The notes below the pieces were generated by a model that had not been told where the DNA came from, ran no database searches, and saw only the letters and a list, made by a program, of their open reading frames with translations. Positions 45,065 through 54,998 of a stretch of DNA of 64,000 bases are shown here, one piece after another. Position numbers and translations under genes: made by a program. The DNA comes from an uncultured Nitrososphaeraceae archaeon (GTDB lineage Archaea > Thermoproteota > Nitrososphaeria > Nitrososphaerales > Nitrososphaeraceae). Numbering within the stretch: the stretch's first letter is position 1; the number at the start of each line of letters is the position of its first letter. The stretch covers positions 1 through 64,000 of the forward strand of contig CAWGVG010000060.1 of the NCBI GenBank assembly GCA_963825865.1. The letters are read 5' to 3'.

Positions 45065-45705
45065 CAGATCTATAGTGTGGGATGGGATAAGATAAGAGAG
45101 CAGAGATTTGAGAAACAAAAAGAGTTAGGATTCTGGCCTTCAAATATGACAGGTCCTGGAAGAATTCCTCCAAATCAGGTATTGGACAGTCTTACCGGTG
45201 ATCAAAAGTCTTATGCAGCCAAAGTACTTGCAGTTCATTCAGCCATGATAGAATATATGGATCAGAACATCGGCAGGGTAATACAATACCTCAAAGATAC
45301 AGGACAGTATGATAACCCATTTATCATGTTTACATCTGACAATGGCAGCAGCGAACCAATCGAAGTGTACGACTTCAAATCTGCTAGCGGTGTCGACCTA
45401 ACCCATGCAAAGCAATTCGTAGCTGGGATAAACAATAGTCTGTCAAATCTTGGTAACCCAAATTCTGATTTTAACTACGGTGCATGGGGAACTTATTTGG
45501 CAGTTTCTCCACTATCTGGTTTCAAGACAAGCTTTTATGAAGGAGGTACAAGACCGCCTGCTATAATCAAAGCGCCACAATCATCACCATCGTCAACACC
45601 AGATGGCAACTTGATCAAGAGCTTTGTATATGTGACAGATATTACTCCAACAGTTCTAGACTTGGCAGGCGTCCCACATCCTTCGTCATATAAGGGACAC
45701 GACGT
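45065..45705 (+). pseudogene. Internal fragment of an AtsA-type arylsulfatase
   Basis: GWDKIREQRFEKQKELG, MDQNIGRV, FTSDNG, K...YEGGTR.P and DITPTVLDLAG; the N-terminal CxPxR motif and the C-terminus are absent. Confidence 0.85.
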
Positions 45706-45707
45706 GC

Positions 45708-45905
45708 ATGAAAGTCTACGTTGTATTAAAGGTAGAAGTGAATGCAGCCGCTGTGTTTGGAGAAGATTTGCCAAAGCAAGAAATACTCGAAGTATGGAAA
45801 GGTGAAGAACACCTAAAACTTAAAGTTGAAGCATTGGCCAGTACGTTTCTTGACAATTCAAGAAGGTACGAAATCGTTATAGAAGAATGGGAAGTGAAAG
45901 AGTAA
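45708..45905 (+). CDS. Small hypothetical protein
   Basis: ORF with plausible composition (MKVYVVLKVE...IEEWEVKE). Confidence 0.5.
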   Translation: MKVYVVLKVEVNAAAVFGEDLPKQEILEVWKGEEHLKLKVEALASTFLDNSRRYEIVIEEWEVKE

Positions 45906-46202
45906 ATACCAGATGAATATTAGATGCCTCTTTATTACACCTACAACTACGACTAACTAACAGAGCTATGGTGCTAATCTACTTGCTGTGATCCTTTATT
46001 GTATAACTACCACTCGATACAGCCGTTTATTCACTAGATGATAATAGTATAATTTGCATTTCTGGTGCTATATCCGATAGCTAGTTATCATCAGCACTAT
46101 CTGATATAATAAAGACAGACATTTTCAGTATATCCAATCATTCCTGCAACTGGATTGGAGCATGCTATAAGTAGAGTTATTATTACACATTTAATATGCG
46201 GA

Positions 46203-46808
46203 TTATGATACGGGTACATTTAATTCGTATTTCAATGGTTGTGGCAGGTCCGTTTTATCATTGTCTATTGTGGTAACATCTAATATGATGCTATAATTGC
46301 CATGTTGAGAAAATACAGGACCATTAACCATTATAGGATTGCCAGGGTCTGCAACCCAAGCATTTGTTAAATCATCCATATTACCACTCACCCCGTATCT
46401 TGGAGCACTGCTTGGTTTAAAATCAACGTTGAGGTTGCCATCATGGGCATGGAAGAATTCTGAAATAACATGTTTTCCGTCTTTATTAGAAATAACATCC
46501 ATTCTAACGGTTACATGTTTTATGCTTTGTTTCGTATTTTGATCCAGAAACGCAACCTTCATCAATACGTTTTGACCTGATTTAATAACTGCTGGTTCAG
46601 TTTGAAAGTTTAATGCTACTTTTCTGTCTCCTATATTTGCTGCATGTGGCATCATCATGTGTTGTGCAAAGGCATGTGGTATTATTGAAAAATATGATGA
46701 AGAAACTATGATTACTATAAGTATGCCACCATAATAACATGTGGTGCTACTACAACTTTTATGCAAGAGATTTCTCAACCACAAAGCTAATCTAAATCTC
46801 ATCTTCAT
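46203..46808 (-). CDS. Secreted beta-rich protein with possible metal-binding His/Met residues
   Basis: Signal peptide ending AFAQ, followed by HMMMPH; FFHAHDG and GPVF...GNY motifs. Confidence 0.75.
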   Translation of the reverse strand: MKMRFRLALWLRNLLHKSCSSTTCYYGGILIVIIVSSSYFSIIPHAFAQHMMMPHAANIGDRKVALNFQTEPAVIKSGQNVLMKVAFLDQNTKQSIKHVTVRMDVISNKDGKHVISEFFHAHDGNLNVDFKPSSAPRYGVSGNMDDLTNAWVADPGNPIMVNGPVFSQHGNYSIILDVTTIDNDKTDLPQPLKYELNVPVS

Positions 46809-46954
46809 AACAATCCATGTCTGGGGTTCTTATATTTTGAGGCTTCTTTTATTTAGAACCCAAAAGGAAGATACTGCTGTCAGTACATAGCAGAGGAACT
46901 GTTCTATGGTCATCCCTATATACTCAATACTATATATATATAATAGGGATAAAT

Positions 46955-47515
46955 ATGTCAACTACAAAAGAACAAAGAATAAAAGAACAAGAAGTAACAA
47001 TATCACAACAGCAAGTACAACAAAAAGAACACCAACAAGCTATCAATAAAGCACTAGATGAGACCAAGGACAACATCAGAAGAACAACAGACGAAGCAAG
47101 GAAAGATATCCCGCGTTATACTCAGATTGTCAACGAGTATCAAGAGGAAACTATTCAAGCAGCAAGACAGATGGCAGATAACTACTTAGAATGTCAAAGG
47201 GAAATTATCAATTCAATTCAATCAGCAATGGTGCCCCAGATAGACGCAGCAAATAGAGCAGTTACGTCAAATTGGACATCTCCAAGACATCTGACTGAAC
47301 ACTATGCAAGATTAGTTAGCGCTTTTGCAGATAATACAATTGCGGTAACTAAATTAGTAAACAATGCTGTATTTGCAAACCTAGAAGCATTCAAATCATC
47401 TGTTCAAACTGCAAGAGATAATGTAAAGGAATTTTCTAGAATAGGCGTTAACAGCGCAAAAACATTAGAGCAAGCATCAAGAGGTACAGCTAGAGTAGCT
47501 GGACAGGCTTTGTAG
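46955..47515 (+). CDS. All-helical amphipathic protein, phasin-like (paralog 2)
   Basis: KALDETKDNIRRTTDEARKDIPRYTQ...; paralog of 10980-11534. Confidence 0.82.
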   Translation: MSTTKEQRIKEQEVTISQQQVQQKEHQQAINKALDETKDNIRRTTDEARKDIPRYTQIVNEYQEETIQAARQMADNYLECQREIINSIQSAMVPQIDAANRAVTSNWTSPRHLTEHYARLVSAFADNTIAVTKLVNNAVFANLEAFKSSVQTARDNVKEFSRIGVNSAKTLEQASRGTARVAGQAL

Positions 47516-47809
47516 AATCAGACGAGCAATAACAACAACAAAAATACTTTAGAAGATGCTGATGCTTCTTCTACCTTTAGTATTTTTGTTATTAAAAGAA
47601 AATTACAATCAAAAAAGATACAAATAATCTGTATAATATAGAGTACTCTGTAAAGCCGTTTAACAACAACAAGTGTCCCAAGATGCATCAGGATCGTTAC
47701 ATGTTTAGGGCACATTGACGAGTGCAAAAATAAAGAGACGTCCAAACAAAACCGGTGACGAGTAGGAAGAAAATATATCACGAAAAAAATTGTGGGGCAC
47801 AAGTTCAAG

Positions 47810-48934
47810 TTAAATTTTATCGTCAAGGTATTCTTCACGCACAACTTGGGGGGAAGACGCCTTGAATATAGCATATAAATAATCATCTTTCTTTATTTGC
47901 AAATCAGTTCTTGCTTTCTCTGTGATCCTTGATATTATGTGAAATCTATATTCTATAATCAAATGTATATTTAAGACACCTGTCTGGAAGTTAGTGATGT
48001 TTGCTACTTTAGCCTTAACAACGTTACGAGCACTCGTTTTTAGCAATTCTTTTGATAGAATGATGTCTTCTGGCCTAACTAGTATTGCAATCCTACAGCC
48101 AATAGGGTAATTTCCTATTGCCTCTAGTGAATGTGAACCAATGTTGAAGGTAGTAACGCCACGAATTGACTTCTCAACATATCCTTCTAAGTAGTTACTT
48201 CCAGCACTGATGACATCGAATAAGAAAGATGGAGAAGGATTATTTTGAAATGATAACATGGATTCGAGTTTAGCTGTATACTCTATGACACCATTTTGTA
48301 ATACACCGAGAGAGTCAGCAAGTGCATATATGTCTTCTTCAAAATGTGTTACATAGATAGTTGGCAACCCTTGCTTGGTAAGAACTCGTCGCAACTCAAT
48401 CCTTAGCTTTATTTTAGTAGGGGTATCTAGATGTGCCAGAGGCTCATCCATCAACATAATTTTAGGCTTTGCTACAAGCATCCTGGCTAATGAAATCTTT
48501 TGCATCTCGCCTCCACTTAAACCTTGGATATATCGATTAGTTAAGTGTGAGATACCAAGATCCTCAATAAGTCTTTTGATTTCACCATAATTATCCTTTC
48601 TGCCTTTCTTTGTAAGACCAAAGACAATATTGTCATATACATTTAGATGTGGAAATAGACTTGGGTTTTGAAACATATATCCTATCCTTCGAGATTCTAC
48701 AGGTAGAGAGGTTATGTCCTCTCCTTCTACTAGAATCGAACCACTATCTGGCTTTAGCAATCCAGCAATGAGATTGAGAACAGAAGTCTTACCACTTCCT
48801 GTTGGTCCGATCAAAACTAAAATCTCTTTATCTTCTATTTTCAAGTTTAAGGGGCCCACTGTGAATCTGATAAACTTCTTTGTCAGATTAACAAGATCTA
48901 TCCTAGCCAGTTTGATAGTTCACCATTTAATTAA
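47810..48934 (-). CDS. wtpC: Molybdate/tungstate ABC transporter ATPase with TOBE domains
   Basis: GPTGSGKT, LSGGEMQ, MDEP and TSARN. The start is uncertain; the ORF track gives 48859. Confidence 0.88.
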
Positions 48935-49736
48935 GTTTCACTATGTCCTGTCCTTTCTTCGTTGTAATGTAAAAAACAATTATGGCCATACTTGATAATA
49001 ATATGACTAAGATTATAGTTGGAACAGCCTGTTTGAGCCCGCCGATTGCATTATCTTCAAAGATCTGAATAGAGACAGTGTGCGGATTATATGCCATCAT
49101 CATTGTTGCTCCAAGCTCACCTATGGCTCTGACCCATGACATTATGAAAGCTATAACTATTCCAGTCCTAGCTAATGGAAGTGAAACTTTAAAGAATGTC
49201 TCGAATCTGCTTTTACCTAATACCCTTGCAACCTTCTCAAATGATTCATCAACTGATTCAAATGCAGCCTGACTTGCAAGAATCATAAATGGAGAAGCCA
49301 CATAAGTTTGTGCTATTATAACTCCGAGGATAGATTGTGTAAATTCGACTCCGGGAAAAGCTTGGACTAGAGGAGAGTATGGACCAAATACTCCAAGGAG
49401 AAGAGCACCGCTTGCAAGCGGGGGAAGAATTAATGGGATAATAACAATAATTCTCAAGAGAAACTTAGCTGGAAAATTGGTATATCTAGCCAAGAAATAT
49501 GCAAGGGGTATTCCAAATAAAGACAAAAGTAATGTAGATATGGTTGCTGAAACTAGGCTTAATACAAAAGCACCACCAACTTGAGGTCTTGTGAGAGAAT
49601 CTAACAGATGTAGAGGTTCTACAAAGATCAATATGGTGACAAGTGGATATACAATGTACGCTATTGCTATTCCAGATAAAATAAGTATAACGATATTAAA
49701 TCCCTGATGCTTTATTCCCATATGAAGGCTAACCAC
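48927..49736 (-). CDS. wtpB: Molybdate/tungstate ABC transporter permease
   Basis: PLILPPLASG, AQTYVASPF, ARVLG and RAIGELGAT. Confidence 0.9.
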   Translation of the reverse strand: MVSLHMGIKHQGFNIVILILSGIAIAYIVYPLVTILIFVEPLHLLDSLTRPQVGGAFVLSLVSATISTLLLSLFGIPLAYFLARYTNFPAKFLLRIIVIIPLILPPLASGALLLGVFGPYSPLVQAFPGVEFTQSILGVIIAQTYVASPFMILASQAAFESVDESFEKVARVLGKSRFETFFKVSLPLARTGIVIAFIMSWVRAIGELGATMMMAYNPHTVSIQIFEDNAIGGLKQAVPTIILVILLSSMAIIVFYITTKKGQDIVKLN

Positions 49737-49795
49737 TTATTGCGTGTAATGTGTTTTTAGTTATCATCTTTCACTTTATAGTCCGATAAAGGTTT

Positions 49796-50854
49796 TTACG
49801 GTCCTAGCATTATATTTCTTATCGGAAAAGGAACTTTGTCTATTTTTCCTTCAACTATAGGTTTGATGCGGTTTAATCCTTGATTTTTTAGAATGCTTTC
49901 TCCATCTGTAGACAGTAAGAACTTGACGAAGGATATGGATCCATCTAGATTTTTGACTGTTTCTGGTATTGTTAATGAGAAATAAATTGGCTCACCATAG
50001 ACGGTTTGAGTTCCTAAAGTATAGGAGGCTTTTCTATAAAAATCAGAAAAAGATGGATTTGCAAGATTAATCTGAGGAGGTAATGTAATGTATGAAAGTC
50101 CTCTGGCTATTGCTTCATGTTTGTAGGCAGCTACAGCATCTATTTGGCCTGATTCCAAAGCGGTATTGAGAGTTTCTTCAGGGAAGAGTTGCTTTGAGTT
50201 TCTATCATCTCCTAGGATCCTTTGTTTGATATTCTGATCGCTGTAAAATATGTTAGACAGTTTTGCAGTTATAATCATATAGTATCCTTTTGGGTCCAAT
50301 TCAGGATCGGTTCTTCCAAACTTGAAACCTTGCTTTAAAATAACTTGATACCACGGTATCTCTCCTTGCCTTGCTTTCTCGAGATCATCGTAAAAGCGGC
50401 CAGAATGTGAATAAGCGATTACCATCTCGGCAGAAGCAAACTTTGCCAGCCATTGTGCAAGAGGTTGAGGTTTATCATTCATACTACTACTATTGCTATT
50501 TATTAACCTTATAATAGGAATTGTGCCTGCACTGACAAATATATCGGGTCTCCTTTGTCCATCTATAATCATATTTACAATTTGTATGGAGCCTCTTCCT
50601 TCACCTGTGTATTGATAACCTGTATCTTTATAGAATAATGGTCCAAGACCATTCTCAAATACCCTAACAAGAGAACCAGCGTACATTACAAAGACCTTTC
50701 CTCCTTGATTGGAAAAAGAAATTTGCTGGTCTTTTCCAGTCATAGCCCAACTATTATTTATGAATACGGAGGAGAATACAACGACGATAACGATATCCAT
50801 GACTATAAAAACGTGACTGAATTTATTATTTGTAACAGATATACATAAAGTCAT
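49796..50854 (-). CDS. wtpA: Tungstate/molybdate-binding protein, WtpA-type
   Basis: YAGSL, GRGS, GRTDPELDPKGY, YKHEA, LPPQINL and GEPIY. Confidence 0.88.
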   Translation of the reverse strand: MTLCISVTNNKFSHVFIVMDIVIVVVFSSVFINNSWAMTGKDQQISFSNQGGKVFVMYAGSLVRVFENGLGPLFYKDTGYQYTGEGRGSIQIVNMIIDGQRRPDIFVSAGTIPIIRLINSNSSSMNDKPQPLAQWLAKFASAEMVIAYSHSGRFYDDLEKARQGEIPWYQVILKQGFKFGRTDPELDPKGYYMIITAKLSNIFYSDQNIKQRILGDDRNSKQLFPEETLNTALESGQIDAVAAYKHEAIARGLSYITLPPQINLANPSFSDFYRKASYTLGTQTVYGEPIYFSLTIPETVKNLDGSISFVKFLLSTDGESILKNQGLNRIKPIVEGKIDKVPFPIRNIMLGP

Positions 50855-51304
50855 ATTTTAGTCCTTCAATAGAATACCAATGAAGCAAGACTTTCGTGTT
50901 TAAATGTTGTGTATGGGCTTTTTCAAATTTCAGTGACTATTTTTATTCATTTGAGTTCAAGTAGAATAAGTGATCTAGCGAGTCGATAATCTTAAAAAAG
51001 AACTACTTTGTTTTGCCTTCAAATAAACAAGTAACCTGTAGTTATTTACGCAAGCCCTTTTATACAATTATTCTATATAATAATAACAAATTGAGTAGCT
51101 TGCCAAAAGAGGAAGGAGAACAATTACAAGAAACTGAGACTGAAGAGGACTCGGAAGATGATAAATCTGAAGAGGTTGACAATGAATCACCTGCAAGCAG
51201 CTTAGTAACTTTTCATTACAAAAAAGCTTTTATTCATATTGAGAGTTTTTTTTGCTTTTCTTCTTTATGTTGTTGATAGTAATAAAATATTTCAGGACAA
51301 TTTA

Positions 51305-51772
51305 TCAATGATGATAATGATCAATAGAGTCCAAAGTAGGCTGAACCTCACTCTCCTCTTTCACTACTTGTAAAACCTTATTCCAGATATGCTTCTCATA
51401 TTCATAAGCCATTATTCCTCCTACAGCAGCTCCTCCAACTAGGCCTATGGGTCCTGCAACTATTAAACCAACTGCTCCTGGAAACAAAAGACTTCCAAAC
51501 CAGGAACCTGAGGCGACTTCAACAGCATAATCGTTTGAATCCCCAATTATAGAGATATGTATTTCACGCAAGGAACCGGCAAATACTTTTATAGATTTAT
51601 TCAAAGCCACAATACTACGCAAAGGTATACCATTCATTGTCCCTTTATACTCCGAAAGGATCTGCAGATTTTTTTCATTCTCGATTTCTTCCTTTATTTT
51701 CTTGTATAGATTTTCAAGATTTGTATTAAGACCTCTGTAATGTTGTACTTTTGACACAAGCATTAACGCCAA
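51305..51772 (-). CDS. Hypothetical protein with glycine-zipper TM segment
   Basis: PGAVGLIVAGPIGLVGGAAVGG. Confidence 0.75.
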   Translation of the reverse strand: MALMLVSKVQHYRGLNTNLENLYKKIKEEIENEKNLQILSEYKGTMNGIPLRSIVALNKSIKVFAGSLREIHISIIGDSNDYAVEVASGSWFGSLLFPGAVGLIVAGPIGLVGGAAVGGIMAYEYEKHIWNKVLQVVKEESEVQPTLDSIDHYHH

Positions 51773-52444
51773 CTGGTTCTATATAAGCAGGGACTTGAAG
51801 TGACAACGAAATTAAATGCTCTGAATTCAATGTGACATCTTTCGTTGTTGCTGAACTTCTAAAATTATCCCTAACTCTGTATAATTTTATTTCTTGATAT
51901 GTCGCGATCATTAATGTCTGCATAAACTGCTGGTTCCAGATTACAGTGTGAACATGGATTTATCACAAAGGTTGAACTATACCCTATACATAAACATAGA
52001 GATAATACTCTTTATTTAAATGCACCAAAAAAAGTATGCAAAATTACATTGTGCAGGTATAATATTTGACAAAAAATAAAATTCTATAAGGAATACCAGC
52101 TCTTATTTTTTCTTGCTGTACTACGAAGTTATTTAAACTATGAATATGAAAAATAAACTGTCATGTGTGGTTTGGATTATGAAAACATATTCTATCATGT
52201 AACACAAACTCGCAAGAATATGAAGTGCGTTGAAGAACAGGAAGGAGAATTTACAAAAGCGATGGAAGGGCCGGCTGGCTACTTCCGAGAGCCTGGCGGT
52301 TACATAGTGGATATGCGATACAGAAAACGAAGCTGACCAGTAATATTTCTAAAGAACGTATCTCTCAGACCTACTCGACTTTTTTTATTGATTGTGATTC
52401 TTCCTCGCTCATATTAAGCAAAAATAAAATCTATCCGTTTCAAC

Positions 52445-53014
52445 CTAATACGGAGTACCTTTTGTTCTTTGATTTTTTAATGCTTCAATATACCACTCAA
52501 ATTCTTCCAAGAATCTTTTGACTCTTTTTTCATATTTTTCATCAATTAGGTTCCCATTTTGATCGAAAACTTCATGGACTCTTGATATCGGAAACGATGA
52601 GGGTATAGATGGTGCTCCCAATTCAGCAAATATTAACCTCATTTGCTGAGCTGCATTGATGCCACCAAAACCTCCAGGAGAATAAGATACTATGGCAGAA
52701 GGCTTAAAGTAATACTCTTCCAAAAAGTAATCCAACGTATTTTTCATTGCAGCGGACGTACTATGGTTATATTCTGGGGTAACAGGCAAGTAACCTTCCG
52801 CATCTTTAATTTTATTCCCAAGATCTCTTAACTTTTCTGGAGGATTTGACATCTCCTTATACATCTTGTCGAGTAAAGGCAATTTAAGATCCATTGGATC
52901 AATAAAAAATACAATATGATTGCGATTTTTCAGTTTCTCTTCCATCCAATGCGCAACTTTGATGCCCTGTCTGTCACGTCTGACCGAGCCTACTATTAAA
53001 GCAATTTTAGCCAT
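52445..53014 (-). CDS. NADPH-dependent FMN reductase
   Basis: GSVRRDR, TPEYNHS, KNTLD and YSPGGFGG. Confidence 0.93.
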   Translation of the reverse strand: MAKIALIVGSVRRDRQGIKVAHWMEEKLKNRNHIVFFIDPMDLKLPLLDKMYKEMSNPPEKLRDLGNKIKDAEGYLPVTPEYNHSTSAAMKNTLDYFLEEYYFKPSAIVSYSPGGFGGINAAQQMRLIFAELGAPSIPSSFPISRVHEVFDQNGNLIDEKYEKRVKRFLEEFEWYIEALKNQRTKGTPY

Positions 53015-53458
53015 TAATCATTTTTTATACTGGCTTATTATTATTATTAATATTCATGAGGTAGTAAGACACGCCACGATATTCTTCTATAAACGTGAGC
53101 TCCCAGTGTACCCTCCATCATTTATAAAATCAAAAACCTCAAAACGGATAGTTCCATTTAACATTTGGTAATATTTAAGAATTTCATCTAAGATTCTAGT
53201 AAATCTAATAATTCTTTTATGATAAATACAAAAAGATATACTGATTATTTCTCTTCCTTTTCTGTAGGAATTTGATAGTTTCCCTTTAGCATCTGTTCTA
53301 GTTATACATGCCGTTGCAAATAGGCCAAGATATCAAATTGTGCTTTACATAACTTGCAAGTAAGGCTAGGCTTGTCTAGTAATGCATCTTAGTTGGCCAA
53401 ATTTCCAGTCATAGTTTTTACTAACAAAATTTAATAAATGGATAAAGGGCTTTAGGGT

Positions 53459-54958
53459 ATGCCGAAAAACGATGATTATTCAGTAATTTCTTCTTCTTCA
53501 GATTCATGGAAGTATTTTATGGATAGTGCAAACACATTCTTACAAATAACAAATGAACACGTGCTTCAAGGTCTAAATCCAGGCGGAATTTATCAAGCGA
53601 TATGGTGCAGGGATGGAGCATATATTCTCAAGGATTGGTTCCTTTCGGGAAATGTTGATGGAGTCATGCAACATATTTACCAAATATGGTCTCATCAAAT
53701 ATCGCCAAATAAAGAAAAGCTAGTATATGGCAGGGGATCTCCAGACATGAAATTTTCAGCAGAGGTAATGGGAGAAAATAAACAAGAAGAATTTATGGGA
53801 GCCCTCCCTACAACGATATATCAGGCTGGTTTCTCTGAGGTTTACGGCCAAAATCCAGACATTGACTCGACGGCATTGATAATTTCGACAACCTCTTGGA
53901 TTTTAGCTAGGTCGATAGAACAGCAAGGTTCTTCATCTTCCTCTTCTGAAATTTCCAGTGTAGTAGCTTCCGAACACTCATCAGATTACGTTTCTGCGTT
54001 ATTATCAAAGGTTGGACTAACAGATCCGTCAAAGGTTGCTGAATTTGTAGTTCCTCGTATGCTTAAAGCCATTAAGTATCTGAAGAGCCGCGATATTGAT
54101 AACGATGGTTTGTTAGAACAAAGCCACAATGAAGACTGGATGGACACAGCAGTCAGAGCAGGTAAGATAGTTTACAGCCAAGGTTGTTGGCTACTTGCTT
54201 TAAATGATTTTTCTTCTTTGCTCTCAAAACTCGGAAGGAGTGAGGAAGCCGATAGATTGAGGCACTTAGCAGATAAAACAATTCATGGTGCAGACCAAAA
54301 ATTATGGTCTGAGGAAGACGGTTGCTATATTGATATTCAAGAATCCCATCACTCAGGAGAGCCTTACAGATTACTTACCCAAGATGTATCGTTTTACTTG
54401 ATAGCTATTTCACAGAATACATCCAATGATAGTCTTGGAGTTCATCATCATCATCGTAATCACAACCAGATCACAAAAAATCAGGAACAAAGACAAGAAC
54501 CCGAGTCCATCCATCAATCTGTTCACAAACGAGCTCTTAGTACACTTGATGCTATCAGAAACAGAGCATGGAAAGAAAAGTGGCCGCTTGTAACTGAAAG
54601 TGAGCTGAGGAGAACTGGACCCTGGATTCTAAAACCGTATCAATACCATAACCATACCTTTTGGCCTTGGACTACAGGAATAGAGATGCTAGCAAGAAGT
54701 AGGTTCAATAGAGTTGAAGAGTGTGATATTCTACTTTCCAAGCTTGCTTCTGAAGGTCATCCACATTTACACGCATTCTATGAATGGATAAACCCTATTA
54801 CGGATGAAGGATCTGGAGCATACCCGTTTAGAACAGGAATAACAGCGATAAGAATAGCACTCGCGGATATCCTCGAAAAAATCAAAAGCGAACCATCTTC
54901 CTCTCCTTCTATACGACAGTCACAAAAAGAGCACCTTCCGGGTAGTAATATACAATAA
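53459..54958 (+). CDS. Six-hairpin glycosidase, amylo-alpha-1,6-glucosidase (glycogen-debranching C-domain)-like
   Basis: WCRDG, DNDGLLEQ..NEDWMD and YHNHTFWPW. Confidence 0.75.
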   Translation: MPKNDDYSVISSSSDSWKYFMDSANTFLQITNEHVLQGLNPGGIYQAIWCRDGAYILKDWFLSGNVDGVMQHIYQIWSHQISPNKEKLVYGRGSPDMKFSAEVMGENKQEEFMGALPTTIYQAGFSEVYGQNPDIDSTALIISTTSWILARSIEQQGSSSSSSEISSVVASEHSSDYVSALLSKVGLTDPSKVAEFVVPRMLKAIKYLKSRDIDNDGLLEQSHNEDWMDTAVRAGKIVYSQGCWLLALNDFSSLLSKLGRSEEADRLRHLADKTIHGADQKLWSEEDGCYIDIQESHHSGEPYRLLTQDVSFYLIAISQNTSNDSLGVHHHHRNHNQITKNQEQRQEPESIHQSVHKRALSTLDAIRNRAWKEKWPLVTESELRRTGPWILKPYQYHNHTFWPWTTGIEMLARSRFNRVEECDILLSKLASEGHPHLHAFYEWINPITDEGSGAYPFRTGITAIRIALADILEKIKSEPSSSPSIRQSQKEHLPGSNIQ

Positions 54959-54998
54959 GATGCTGAGCCCGAGCTTTACACCTCGAAAAATCAATTAC

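Noticed and set aside
52140-52336. Possible fourth degenerate DUF1059 gene
   Set aside because: The similarity is too weak and the ligand pattern cannot be restored by eye.
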